A stretch of DNA of 64,000 bases. It comes from Candidatus Bathyarchaeota archaeon. GTDB lineage: Archaea; Thermoproteota; Bathyarchaeia; Bathyarchaeales; Bathycorpusculaceae. The stretch is taken from positions 64,001 to 128,000 of the forward strand of contig CAWDYC010000007.1 in assembly GCA_963806535.1 (NCBI GenBank), in the 5' to 3' direction. The position numbers and the translations under genes are program-made. Positions 30,031 to 40,797 of the stretch are shown here, in pieces (position 1 is the first letter of the stretch; each line of letters opens with the position of its first letter). The notes under the pieces are model-generated. The model worked only from the letters and a program-made list of their open reading frames with translations. It was not told the DNA's origin and did not search any database.

Positions 30031-30558
30031 ATGGCCGAAGAATTTCGCAGTTATTTTTCGGAGTTTAAGAAAAATTTCGTCACTAAGATTGAAAAGTATA
30101 CTTCCAATAGGGTGATAGTTACAGATGTATTATCGAAACTTGTTATGACATTTGGGGTAGTTCTAATTATTGGTGGACTTTACTTAATGCTTTTCAATTC
30201 AGGGACTTCTCCTGAATCTAGCATGTTAGCAGTATCCACCCTTGGTTGGATTCCGGGAATTCCTTTCAGTGTTGGCGACCTATCTCAGCGGGGAACATCA
30301 GTTGTTGGACTGGCTTCTTGGGTCATAGGCGTTGATCTTCTTTTAGTCGGATTGGGTTTCTGGGTAAGAAACAAATTAGCTCGTTTTATTGGCATGGCAA
30401 TATTTATGTTAGCAACAATTTTTCAATTTATAGGCTTCCTTTACGCTGGAATAATTGGCTCGCCCAGTTCGGCTGTTGGCTTTTGTGTGAACGGAGTCTT
30501 AGTATTTTTCTTATTCTCTAGATTTGATTTAGAAAAGAATCAGATAAAAAGTATTTAG
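30031..30558 (+). CDS. Hypothetical membrane protein (about 4 TM)
   Basis: Hydrophobic helices; 6 bp after phoU. Confidence 0.65.
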   Translation: MAEEFRSYFSEFKKNFVTKIEKYTSNRVIVTDVLSKLVMTFGVVLIIGGLYLMLFNSGTSPESSMLAVSTLGWIPGIPFSVGDLSQRGTSVVGLASWVIGVDLLLVGLGFWVRNKLARFIGMAIFMLATIFQFIGFLYAGIIGSPSSAVGFCVNGVLVFFLFSRFDLEKNQIKSI

Positions 30559-30755
30559 GTGTTAATCAGGGCTTAGATGTGACTGCAGTTTTGTTCGGTT
30601 AATTAATCAGGTTTTGTTATTTAGATTCTAGTCGGCGGGTCGAATCTTCCATAAAATCCCATGAACTGAAAACCATCGTGGAATTATGCGCTATTCAACG
30701 ACAGTAATAAGTCGGCTTTGATTTAGACTATATTCGAATTTCAAGTAAACAAAAA

Positions 30756-32729
30756 TTAACTCGGGCTATTGTAAGATATATAAGAGTTCATGAAAACAAT
30801 AAAATCCTTGGAGGTTATTTTTCCATCCTGATTAAAATCGGCTAAACCATTATAAACACTGAGATTTACTCGGTTAAAACCTACGTACGCTCCAGCAAAT
30901 GATATAAAGTCGTGACCATCAACTTTGAATTCACCGTTTAAATCACCTAAATATGTTATCTCCGCCATCTCTATTGTCGTATTCTTGGAATTAATGCTAG
31001 CTGTTATTGTGTAGTTTCCGACAGATAGGTTGCTCGTGTCTATTTGGGAAATAGCATTCGATGAATTATCGCTTATTACGACCGTATCGTTATACTCAAG
31101 TTTGTCGTTGGCGTAGATTTGAATCGTATTGGAGCCGTTTTGAACTGGTACGTTGATTGATAGCGGGAAACCTTTTTCAGTGTATGTATAATTAAGCGGT
31201 GATTCATGTTGACTATTGCCTGTATACATGTATATTCGATTTGTTGGTAATTGTCCAAGAAAATTTGCATCGACGACGGAATTCCAATCAGAAGCAAAAG
31301 TAACATTCCAAACGCCGATTTTGTTGAAGTAGAGGGATAGTGGCGTTGACCCATACAAGAAAGTTAGGTTGCCTGTTGCTGCTATCGGAATTAGGACGGA
31401 GTTTGAGCTAAAGTCTATTGCGGTAAGATCCTTATCAATTATATTGTAGTTGTATTCATAGTGAAGTTCTTCGAGAGGTACGGCCAGCTTAGCTGTTGTT
31501 TGTATTATTGCCAAATTAATCAGCAGATTTGCAGCAAGCGCTGTAGCTGAGTCGCTAGGAACTGCGTCTGAACGGATTCTGTATAGTCCAGTAGATTGAT
31601 CATAAAGCCCTGCTGAAGGGTCACTAAGCAAACTCCATGCTGGTATGTTCAGATTGCTTCCTGTTGTAATATTGTATGCTGCGCCGTTTAGCATTTCCTG
31701 AATTTTGTTTTGATCAGATGGGGGAAGCAAAGGATAAGTTGCGATTATTGATTGCCACGTCATTTGTGTGTTTTCAAGTCTTCTCTGTGAATTCGAGTCG
31801 GCATGTTGGACCACATAGTCGAGCCATTGGGGACTATTCCATAAGCTAGCTAAGTATCGGCTATGTATGTCTGTTAATAAGTTCTGTGTATTTGTAATAT
31901 TGGAATCATAGTTATACAACTTCCAAATTATTTGTTCAAAGCCGCCAGCTTCACATTCATAGAGCCCGTTAGCGGAAGTATATCCGTAGTACGCTCCGTT
32001 CCAATAATGCGCATTTTCGAAATTCCACAGGTCAACTGACCGATTTAATGCTTGAGAGATGCCAAACCTGTAAAACTCCAAATATCCATCAAGAGATTGA
32101 CCAGTTTCATCGTAATACCTTCCTGTGTAGGGTGACGCTGTGTTATCCCCGCGAATCCAAAGTGGTGGCGTTCCATAACTTGCCTGACTATATTTAACGG
32201 CAGTGTCATAGCTATTGTAAGCCAAAGTTATATTCCATTTAGATAAGTCATATTGATATTTGGCTGCCCAATAATATCCATATATCAAATACCTATCATA
32301 AACACAAAAGCATTGCAAACCTTGCAAATCATAAAATTCAGCTGGCAAATCATTAGCCATCAAAGACGCAGCATCAAGGGCACGTTCTATAGTTGTTTGG
32401 TTTGCCAAATTGTATTTGTCAACCACAGCATACCAATACATTATTGAATTCCAATCTGAACTAGGTAAAGCGTCAATCATAGTTTGAAATTCTTGTGGCG
32501 TTACCGTCCCTATGCTCAGGCCCATATATGCGGTATCTAAGTCTTTAGTAAAATTAGTGTTGCTGACAAGATTCTTTATCGTGTTAGCTAATGTAGGATT
32601 ACTGACGGAATCACCAAGGGTGGGTGTAATTGATATCATACTGGTGAGAAATACAATTATCAAACCTACTACTAGGATTTTCCTGTAATTTAATCTTTCA
32701 GCTTTAAAAATGCCTGGAATATGAGACAA
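30756..32729 (-). CDS. Secreted helical (possible alpha/alpha-barrel GH-like) protein with C-terminal dockerin
   Basis: Signal peptide; Tyr/Trp-rich core (RYYDE, YECEAG); GDLNGEFKVDGHD and ADFNQDGKITSKD. Confidence 0.75.
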   Translation of the reverse strand: MSHIPGIFKAERLNYRKILVVGLIIVFLTSMISITPTLGDSVSNPTLANTIKNLVSNTNFTKDLDTAYMGLSIGTVTPQEFQTMIDALPSSDWNSIMYWYAVVDKYNLANQTTIERALDAASLMANDLPAEFYDLQGLQCFCVYDRYLIYGYYWAAKYQYDLSKWNITLAYNSYDTAVKYSQASYGTPPLWIRGDNTASPYTGRYYDETGQSLDGYLEFYRFGISQALNRSVDLWNFENAHYWNGAYYGYTSANGLYECEAGGFEQIIWKLYNYDSNITNTQNLLTDIHSRYLASLWNSPQWLDYVVQHADSNSQRRLENTQMTWQSIIATYPLLPPSDQNKIQEMLNGAAYNITTGSNLNIPAWSLLSDPSAGLYDQSTGLYRIRSDAVPSDSATALAANLLINLAIIQTTAKLAVPLEELHYEYNYNIIDKDLTAIDFSSNSVLIPIAATGNLTFLYGSTPLSLYFNKIGVWNVTFASDWNSVVDANFLGQLPTNRIYMYTGNSQHESPLNYTYTEKGFPLSINVPVQNGSNTIQIYANDKLEYNDTVVISDNSSNAISQIDTSNLSVGNYTITASINSKNTTIEMAEITYLGDLNGEFKVDGHDFISFAGAYVGFNRVNLSVYNGLADFNQDGKITSKDFIVFMNSYISYNSPS

Positions 32730-32741
32730 AGAAGCAATCCT

Positions 32742-35700
32742 CTAAGTCCCAGTCCCGTTTGTGCTCCAGTAGGTATTCCATCCATCTATGAAAAGCGCAA
32801 TATCCTGGGAGTTTATCTTACCGTCGCCATTGAGATCGCAAATTGGATTAACTGTTCCGTTATTGTAGTAATGAATGTAAGCGTCAAATATGATAACGGC
32901 GTCGTCAAAGCCGACTGAACCATCATGATTGAAATCGATTGTTGGAATCATTGGATTTAAGTTGCTGTTGACTGTGAGTTGAGCATTACCTGTTATTCCG
33001 TTAGATGTTGCAGTCACTGTCCAAATGCCGGAGTTTGACGCGGTGTATGCGTTTCCTGTCCAACTGCCACCGGCTGACAGGTTTGCAAGCCAGTTCACGT
33101 TGTTGGTTATATCCCATGTATTACCATTTAAATCTGAAGCATTCGCAGTAAATGATTGACTTGTTCCTGCTTCAATGGTTGAAGAAGTGGGAGTAATAGA
33201 AATTGTGTGTATTTGTCCGTGAGTAACTGTTAAAAAGGCGAGATCCGACAAACCGTTAAGAGAAGCAGTAATTGTCCATGTTCCTGCTTTGGCAGAGGTG
33301 TAAATGTTGCTGGACCAAGATCCTCCTGCGTTTGGATCAACGGTCCAAACAATAGTTGGTGTGATATCCCATGAGTTGCCAAATGAATCTGTTGCAAGAG
33401 CGGTTAATGACTGAGTAGAACCTGATTCAAATGATTGTGTTTTTGGCAATACGGAAATGCTGCTTGCTGAAGCGTGACCTACAATTACTGGAGCGATTGC
33501 TAATAATCCACCGACCATAGCGGTAATTGTCCATGTTCCAACTTTGGCGGCTGTATATGTATTAGCGTTCCATGAGCCTGCAGCGCCTTGGCTTGAGCTC
33601 CAACTTGCAGAATTAGAAACATCCCAAGTGTTACCATAACTGTCAGTTGCTGAAGCGGAGTAAACTTCGTTTGATCCTGCCATAAGCGTAATATTATATG
33701 GAGCAACTTGAATACTCGTTGCTGTTCCATGGTTTACCGTCAAATAAACGGATTTTGATATATTGTTGAATGTTCCAGTGATGTTCCAGACGCCTGAAAA
33801 TTCTGAAGTATATACATTTCCTAATAGAGTTCCACCGGCGCTTGAATCGATAGCCCAAATAGTTGAGCTAGTAACATCCCATGTATTGCCATTGGCGTCG
33901 CTTGCGGTGGCAGTGAAAGCTTGGGAAGAACCGGCAATAACAGATCCCGAGGAAGATCCTACTGTTATGCTTACTTCAGAACTGTGATTTACGATTACTG
34001 AGGTACTGCTTGATAATCCTGAATAAGTTCCTGTTACAGTCCAATCTCCTGCTGTATAGGAAGTGTATATATTGTTGCTCCATGTGCCAGATGCACCTGT
34101 ATCAATAGACCAACTTGTTGAGCTTGTTACGTCCCAGGTGTTTCCGCTTGAGTCAGAAGCTTTGGCAATAAAAGCTTGATTAAAACCAGCTATAATGATT
34201 GTTGAATCTGGACTTATAGTAAGGCTAATTGGAGATCCGTGATTAATTGCTACTGAAGCTGAATCTGACAAACTTCCTAAGGTAGCAGTAACTTGATAGT
34301 TGCCGGCATTTGCAGAATTATAGATGTTATTATTCCATGTGCCGTCAGCTCCAGAACTTATTGCCCAGTTTACTGAACCGCTTATATCCCATGAATTTTG
34401 ATAATTATCTGAGGCTAAAGCGGTGTATGATTCGGCAGATCCAGCAGTTATTGTTGCTGTTTTCGGCGATATAGTTAAGCCTGTTGCTTGTGCGTGATCC
34501 ACGGTTAAATAAGCGTAATCAGTGCAACCTAAATAAAGCCCTGAAACAGTCCAGCTTCCTGATGTTGAAGATGTATATTGATTAGCATTCCAATAGCCTC
34601 CTGCATTTTGTGATATTGACCATTGCGTTAAAGTGGTAACTGGCCACTGGTTACTGTAGATATCCGACGCTAGGGCTGAGTATACTTGATTGTTGCCAGC
34701 CACGATTTCGTTGTGATTTGGGCTTATTGCTAAGCTGACTGGTGATGCATGAGTTACTGTTAGCTGAGCTGTATCAGACAAACCTAAGCTTATGGCGGTA
34801 GCGTACCAAGTTCCTGCTATGGCAGAACTATATACATCATCTGACAAAGAACCACCTGCTTGTGAATCAATAAAAAATGTTGCCGAAGCTGTTGAGTCCC
34901 AACTATTTCCGTAAGAATCAAATGCTGTCGTGGTAAAAGTTTGTTGTGAACCAGCAACTATGTTGGGTGTTTTTGGGTCAACTTGAATGTGCGTTGCAAT
35001 TCCATGAATTATGCTTAGAGAAGCGGTGTCGGAGTAGCTCCCACATGTACCAGAAATAATCCATGTGCCTACTTTGCCACCATTATAAGTATTGCCGTTC
35101 CATGTTCCACCAGCTCCAGAATCTATTGTAAAAACAGTCGAGCTGGTAACATCCCATGTATTGCCAAAGCTATCACCTGCTAAAGCTGCAAAAGTATTTG
35201 GTGAACCAGCAGACAAACTGGATATTTTTGGAGATAACGTTAGGCTGGTTTGTGAACCATGAGTTATCGTTAAAGAGGCTGTTCCAGACAAGCTTGAGTA
35301 TTGACCTGTAATAATCCAGGTTCCGGCTTTAGCTGATGAATATATATTTCCGCTCCATGAACCGCCAGCGCTTGAATCAACACCCCAACTTGTTGAATCC
35401 GTAATGCTCCACGAATTTCCGTAATTATCTATTGCATTGCTTGCGAAAGTTATTGATGATCCCGCTGTAGCCAAATTTGTGTTTGTAAGCACAACAATTC
35501 TTGCCGGTAATGCATGGTTAACAGTTAGTGAGGAGGTATCTGATCTTCCTAAATACGTAGCAGTTACGGTAAAAATGCCCGCTTTGCTAGAAATGTACTG
35601 ATTTCCTATCCAGGTACCATCTGCACCAGAACTAATACTCCAAGTAATTAGACTCGTAACATCCCAAATATTACCGTAAACATCAGCCGCCAGAACCGTA

Positions 35701-36977
35701 AAAGTTCTGGAGTCGCCAGCGGTTAGAGTTGCTGTTTTAGGAGAAATTGATAAACTGGAAATAGGACCGTAATCAACGCTTATTGATGCTGTGTCAGAGC
35801 ATCCACCGATTGAAGCTGTGACGGCCCATGTGCCATATTTAGCTGACTTGTAAGTATGGCCATTCCAAGATCCTTCAGCGCCAGAACTAATACTCCATTT
35901 GGCAGCACTAGAGACATCCCAACTATTACCATAAGCATCAGAAGCCGTGGCCGTAAAAGTCAAACTCTGTCCAGCAATTTCAGCCGAGTTTTTTGGGGAA
36001 ATTAATATGCTAGCTGCCGCGGCAGGCGTAACTGTTAGTGAGGCTGTGTCTGAAAAAGTGCCTAATGAAGCTGTTATAGTCCATGTGTTAGCTTTCGCCG
36101 AAGTATAAGTATTACCGTTCCAGGATCCACCAGCACCAGAACTAATACGCCAGGTAATTAGACTGGTAACATCCCAATTGTTGCCATAACTGTCAAATGC
36201 ATTAACTGTAAAAGATTTCGAAGCACCAGCTGTCAAAGTTGCTGTTTTAGGAGATATTACTATACTGGTTGTCAAACCATGGTTTACTGTCAAAGAAGCT
36301 GAGTCAGTAAAACCTAAATAGGTGCCTGTTACCGTCCAAGTTCCAGTTTGAGAAGAGGTATAAACGTTTGCTGACCAGGAGCCCCCGGCACCAGTTGTTA
36401 TGCTCCAACTTGAGATTGTTGATACATCCCACGAGTTGCCATAGTAGTCTTTCGCTGTAGCTGTGTAGGCTTGATTACTACGTGTGTTTACAGTCGCTGT
36501 TTTTGGAGCTATTTGGATTTGTGTCGCAGATGCATGATTAACCGAGATTGAACTTGTTGTCGCAGAAACTGCTCCATCGGTTACAGTAATGGTTTGCGAG
36601 CCTGAAGTCACCAAGTTAAATCCACAGAAAGTATGAGCCCCTTTATCGTGACCGGGAGTAAAATGGTATTCGCACTGAGCTGAGTAAGGCAGAGTCGCCT
36701 TAGAATCGGTCGATAAGAAGTAGACATATCCGTTATAATTAGTTACAATTTTCCCGTTAGCGTTATAGGCCGTTATTGTTATGCAGCCGAAGCTTTTTCC
36801 GGCGACGACTGAAGCAGGAAAACCTGTTATTGTAAAGTGGTCAGGAGTGTGTTTAGCCTCGCTGTTAAGTACTTGTGGTTTAGAGACCATAATTTCTGAA
36901 CTGCCGATACTTGAAATCAATATTATGAGCGTCAGCGCAATAGCCAGCGCTACATTTCCAATAGCAAGCCTTCTCAT
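32742..36977 (-). CDS. Large secreted Ig-repeat protein (14 x 85 aa) with C-terminal dockerin
   Basis: Repeat motif SPK..AG..FTA.A.D.YGN.WDVT...W...GAGGSW.GN.Y; DFNHDGSVGFDD and DLNGDGKINSQD. Confidence 0.9.
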   Translation of the reverse strand: MRRLAIGNVALAIALTLIILISSIGSSEIMVSKPQVLNSEAKHTPDHFTITGFPASVVAGKSFGCITITAYNANGKIVTNYNGYVYFLSTDSKATLPYSAQCEYHFTPGHDKGAHTFCGFNLVTSGSQTITVTDGAVSATTSSISVNHASATQIQIAPKTATVNTRSNQAYTATAKDYYGNSWDVSTISSWSITTGAGGSWSANVYTSSQTGTWTVTGTYLGFTDSASLTVNHGLTTSIVISPKTATLTAGASKSFTVNAFDSYGNNWDVTSLITWRISSGAGGSWNGNTYTSAKANTWTITASLGTFSDTASLTVTPAAAASILISPKNSAEIAGQSLTFTATASDAYGNSWDVSSAAKWSISSGAEGSWNGHTYKSAKYGTWAVTASIGGCSDTASISVDYGPISSLSISPKTATLTAGDSRTFTVLAADVYGNIWDVTSLITWSISSGADGTWIGNQYISSKAGIFTVTATYLGRSDTSSLTVNHALPARIVVLTNTNLATAGSSITFASNAIDNYGNSWSITDSTSWGVDSSAGGSWSGNIYSSAKAGTWIITGQYSSLSGTASLTITHGSQTSLTLSPKISSLSAGSPNTFAALAGDSFGNTWDVTSSTVFTIDSGAGGTWNGNTYNGGKVGTWIISGTCGSYSDTASLSIIHGIATHIQVDPKTPNIVAGSQQTFTTTAFDSYGNSWDSTASATFFIDSQAGGSLSDDVYSSAIAGTWYATAISLGLSDTAQLTVTHASPVSLAISPNHNEIVAGNNQVYSALASDIYSNQWPVTTLTQWSISQNAGGYWNANQYTSSTSGSWTVSGLYLGCTDYAYLTVDHAQATGLTISPKTATITAGSAESYTALASDNYQNSWDISGSVNWAISSGADGTWNNNIYNSANAGNYQVTATLGSLSDSASVAINHGSPISLTISPDSTIIIAGFNQAFIAKASDSSGNTWDVTSSTSWSIDTGASGTWSNNIYTSYTAGDWTVTGTYSGLSSSTSVIVNHSSEVSITVGSSSGSVIAGSSQAFTATASDANGNTWDVTSSTIWAIDSSAGGTLLGNVYTSEFSGVWNITGTFNNISKSVYLTVNHGTATSIQVAPYNITLMAGSNEVYSASATDSYGNTWDVSNSASWSSSQGAAGSWNANTYTAAKVGTWTITAMVGGLLAIAPVIVGHASASSISVLPKTQSFESGSTQSLTALATDSFGNSWDITPTIVWTVDPNAGGSWSSNIYTSAKAGTWTITASLNGLSDLAFLTVTHGQIHTISITPTSSTIEAGTSQSFTANASDLNGNTWDITNNVNWLANLSAGGSWTGNAYTASNSGIWTVTATSNGITGNAQLTVNSNLNPMIPTIDFNHDGSVGFDDAVIIFDAYIHYYNNGTVNPICDLNGDGKINSQDIALFIDGWNTYWSTNGTGT
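32965..36540 (-). repeat. Intragenic 255-bp tandem repeat, 14 diverged copies
   Basis: WDV codons (acatccca) recur at 255-bp spacing, e.g. near 36424, 36169, 35914, 35659; boundaries approximate. Confidence 0.85.
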
Positions 36978-37121
36978 GTTTAGCCTTTCTCCAAGCAAGT
37001 TGGCTGGTGAACAATCTATTTACCACTTCTCCAAATAGAATCAATAGAGCTAAAGCTAATTTATTTATCAATAGATTTTCATTAGACAATTGAAAAAAAT
37101 ATGTTTATTGAATCTTGTTTA

Positions 37122-38498
37122 TTAAGGAAGTATTTGGAAGTTAACAATTGTTTCTGGGGCTAATGCGGTTTGATTTGAGTTTAACAAACAGATATATAAT
37201 GTCGCTTGACCAGTGAAAGCGGTCGAGGGGACAGAAAGAGTTAGATCAACTACGGTAAAGTTTTGCATTTGCAAAGTGTTTGTAAACCTATAAGAGCCTA
37301 TAGGGGTATTTGCTTGGTCAAATACAGTTATGTCTAGTTCAGAAGTTGGAGCGGAAAACAATCCATTATTTATTGTCAATTCGATTGGAAAAGCTTCTGA
37401 TCTGTGAACGCTTGAAGGGATTTGAATGTTCTCAACGTTACTCAAATAGTTAAAAGAAAAAGTTGTTGAATTACTCACGGTTCCTTGGGCAATACTTAAA
37501 GAAGCAGTTATTGACCAAGTGCCAAATACAATTTGAGTTGCATTGGGGTCTGGTGAAGGTAACCCATATTCAATTTGCGCAATACCACTTTGGTTTGTTG
37601 GAGCAACTTGAGTGGCTATCACGGAACCGTTTGTATTCTGAATTGAAAATAAAACGCTCTGATTGGAAAAGACTTGATTTTGATAGGTTACTAACGCGTA
37701 TATTTTAATCAGGTCTCGGGGGCCATACGTTGCCATCGATCCAGCGGCGGGTATACCTCCTTTGTTTTTGAAAACAGTTATTGTTGCATTTTGTAGCGGA
37801 GTTGAGTTGGGCGTTGGAGAAGGTGATGTACTGGGAGAAGGAGTTGGTGTGCTTTGAGATGTTGATGAAATAGTAACTGTTGCACTATTACAGGCAACGC
37901 TTAGCCCATTATCAGTAGGATTTTGGGCTTCACTGTAATTTGCATATACGCTAGCGTCTCCAATTGTTATAGGGCTAGTTCCAAAGTTTGTAATATTAAA
38001 TGTCAATGTTGATATTACTCCTGACGAAGCACGAGCTACTGCGTCTGTTTGAATAGCTTCCGTCAAGCCACCCATAATTGATCCCCCTAAGTTATCCCAG
38101 AGCGATTTTGTGTTGCCTAGGAATGCTACAGGGCCATTCTTCGTATTATTGGCTAGAAATGGTCCTTCTTGGACTTGTATAAGCTGTATTACGCTTGAAT
38201 TCCAGGTTACTGTAGGTATAGTCCAGCTCCAAATGCTTGGCACGTTATCGATTCTAACATCGATTTTGAAAGTGGTGTTAATTGGGGTAGGATTGGAACC
38301 AATTGTTATTTGCGAATTATTCGTGGTTCCTGAAAGAACTGCACTCATAGAAGTGGGAGGAGAACTAGCTAAACTTGAGCTTACTATCGTAAATATCGTT
38401 AAGGCGAGTGATATTGTCATTAGCGACACGATTAGTTTCTTAGCCAGCTTCATTTTGCATGTTTTCCTCAATAGTTTTAAGGGATAAGTTATTTTCAA
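37122..38498 (-). CDS. Secreted cohesin-domain protein (1 cohesin + P/T linker + Ig-like C-terminal domains)
   Basis: WSW...WN..VIQL..VQEGPFL...DN.GG.I.GGL.EA...GVISTLTF; TPTPSPS linker. Confidence 0.75.
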   Translation of the reverse strand: MKITYPLKLLRKTCKMKLAKKLIVSLMTISLALTIFTIVSSSLASSPPTSMSAVLSGTTNNSQITIGSNPTPINTTFKIDVRIDNVPSIWSWTIPTVTWNSSVIQLIQVQEGPFLANNTKNGPVAFLGNTKSLWDNLGGSIMGGLTEAIQTDAVARASSGVISTLTFNITNFGTSPITIGDASVYANYSEAQNPTDNGLSVACNSATVTISSTSQSTPTPSPSTSPSPTPNSTPLQNATITVFKNKGGIPAAGSMATYGPRDLIKIYALVTYQNQVFSNQSVLFSIQNTNGSVIATQVAPTNQSGIAQIEYGLPSPDPNATQIVFGTWSITASLSIAQGTVSNSTTFSFNYLSNVENIQIPSSVHRSEAFPIELTINNGLFSAPTSELDITVFDQANTPIGSYRFTNTLQMQNFTVVDLTLSVPSTAFTGQATLYICLLNSNQTALAPETIVNFQILP

Positions 38499-40606
38499 GT
38501 TTTTATCTGGAAGTTAGAAGTTGATTCTGGACATAATGGCACTCCTCCGGCTGTGGGGAGATTTGTCATAACATTGACCCGAGTTGTCGCTGTTCCCACG
38601 AAAGCCCATGAAGGTATTGTTACAGTTATTGTAGAGCTTACTAATCCTCCCGAACCTGAATTAATCGTTGTTTTAGCAAAAGCCACAGGAACTTCTTGAT
38701 CATCACAAATGGTAACAGTTAGCAGTGCAGACATGTTGGCGGTTGCCTGAAGATTAATCGTTATTTGTATGGACTGTGATCTCTGCACACTGGCCGGTGT
38801 TTGAATTCCAGTGATACTTATTATGTTAATTAGGTAGTTGAATTTGAAATGTAGTGTATCTGTAACCACTACTTGTGAAATGTCAACTGACGCCACAATT
38901 GACCAATTTCCAAATAGAGATTGTTGATTAGTGTCTGGCCATGGAAGTCGGAATTCCCAATTTGCATATCCGGTTGCATTTGACAATGCTGAAGTCAGAC
39001 TAACAACTGTACCATTTGGATCCATGACGTCAAAGGCCACCAGTTTACCGACAACGGGGGCATTATTGTAAGTAACAAGGGCATATACTTTTACAAGCTC
39101 TTGAGGACCATAAGGACCGCTGTCAACATTTTGTCCTACTCCGCCTTTGTCAGTAAAAACATCAATTGATGCATTTTGAAGAGTACTTGATGGCACTATT
39201 TGTATCCAAGCATTTGTTGTTGAGGTATTGGAGTAGCTTGACGAGGGAACTGATTTTAAATCAGGGGCAGTAACGATCAAAGTTATTTTAAGGGTTGTTG
39301 GAGCTGATACAATAAAAGAAACGGCTTTACCGCTGTAGGATCCAAACAGTGACATGTTAGAATATTGTACTAACCAAGCATAATTTGTAATGTCACAGGT
39401 CATTCCGTCCCAACCAGCAGTTGAAGCACTTCCATCTAAAAGGATAGGGGCACCTACGGAAAAGGTGGTTCCGTTTGCGGGATTGAAATTAGCCACTGGA
39501 TTGGTTGGATTCGTTGGAGTAGGAGTTGGTGTAGGAGATGAGGAAGGAGTTGGCGTAGGAGTTGGGCTTCCTGAGGGTAAAACTGAAATTAATGCGCTAT
39601 TGCAGGTTGCACTGCTGCCAATGTCGCTGCTGCTCGAGTATACTGTAAAGCTGCTAATTGTCAGTGGGGTTGTTCCGTAACCTGTTACGTTAAATGTTAA
39701 CGTTGCAAGTACCCCCGCGGTGCCAACCGCGTGTACATTAGATCTAAGTGCTTCACTTAAGCCTCCCAAAATTGAACCGCCAGTATTGTCCCACAATTGA
39801 GAACTATCTCCTATGAAAGATGTCCCACCTCCCGTGCCAAGAAACGGTCCTTCTGAAACGCTTGTTAACTGAAGGATTGAAGCATTCCAATTTACGTTAT
39901 CCAATGTCCAACCCCAAAGATTAGCAACATTATCGACTCTAACATCAATGGATATAGAGGAGCCCATTGGATCGGGACTGGGACCTACCGTAATGCTTAG
40001 AGTGCTCGTAGTTCCCGATTTAACAGCACTTGCAACGGCACTCGAAGCAGCGCTGAAAGCCATAGTTGGTTCCGAATAACTGAAAGCAGCGTTTGCTACT
40101 GTTGCAGGTATCAGAGGATTGGAAGGTCCGGAGCCTTGGATTGGTGCGAGCAATTGAACATTAGTTAGTGTTAGCTGGGTTGATCCAAAATTAATTATTT
40201 GGAAGAGAAAGATAGCCAAGTCGCCGGAACCTGAAACATTGCCTTGATTTGTTAGAATGTCGTTTATATTTTGAATTACACCTGCGCTGTTGTCTATTGG
40301 AGAGGAGGTAACTGACGTTTGTCCAGCGGTTCTAAGAAAAGAGCCTTCACTTGAATTCATTAATTGAAGAACCGAAGGATCCCATGATAAACCTAAACTC
40401 CAACCACAAAGACCATTTACGTTGGAAACATAAGCCGTCACAGCAAAGGTTGCCCCTATTCCAAACGATTGACCAGAAATTACCGGCGGATCTAAACTAA
40501 CAGAGGTAGATTCAGAGCCATAAATGCCTCTTGAGAAAAGTAATAACGAAGTAAAGATGATTGCGACAACGAACGCGCAAGTTATTTTTTTAGTTTTAAT
40601 TTTCAA
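38495..40606 (-). CDS. Scaffoldin-like protein: 2 cohesins + PT linker + PKD-like + Ig-like domains
   Basis: Two GW...WDP/WN..L.L..SEG.FL modules; (PT)n linker; LDGSAS PKD-like motif. Confidence 0.78.
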   Translation of the reverse strand: MKIKTKKITCAFVVAIIFTSLLLFSRGIYGSESTSVSLDPPVISGQSFGIGATFAVTAYVSNVNGLCGWSLGLSWDPSVLQLMNSSEGSFLRTAGQTSVTSSPIDNSAGVIQNINDILTNQGNVSGSGDLAIFLFQIINFGSTQLTLTNVQLLAPIQGSGPSNPLIPATVANAAFSYSEPTMAFSAASSAVASAVKSGTTSTLSITVGPSPDPMGSSISIDVRVDNVANLWGWTLDNVNWNASILQLTSVSEGPFLGTGGGTSFIGDSSQLWDNTGGSILGGLSEALRSNVHAVGTAGVLATLTFNVTGYGTTPLTISSFTVYSSSSDIGSSATCNSALISVLPSGSPTPTPTPSSSPTPTPTPTNPTNPVANFNPANGTTFSVGAPILLDGSASTAGWDGMTCDITNYAWLVQYSNMSLFGSYSGKAVSFIVSAPTTLKITLIVTAPDLKSVPSSSYSNTSTTNAWIQIVPSSTLQNASIDVFTDKGGVGQNVDSGPYGPQELVKVYALVTYNNAPVVGKLVAFDVMDPNGTVVSLTSALSNATGYANWEFRLPWPDTNQQSLFGNWSIVASVDISQVVVTDTLHFKFNYLINIISITGIQTPASVQRSQSIQITINLQATANMSALLTVTICDDQEVPVAFAKTTINSGSGGLVSSTITVTIPSWAFVGTATTRVNVMTNLPTAGGVPLCPESTSNFQIKT

Positions 40607-40797
40607 TATCCCCTTTTCCTCATTTGAATGATAATCGACCTAGGTTTAAGTCGATTCTTCCTTCCCTTGGTTTTAAGAAGACACATTGAGCCTTTTCTAT
40701 CTTTATTAAATAAACTATAGAGAAATCAATAGTTGGATTTCCAATAAATATATCAACCAATCATTAAGAAATAATGTTGTTAGGTGAAAGTTGGTTC

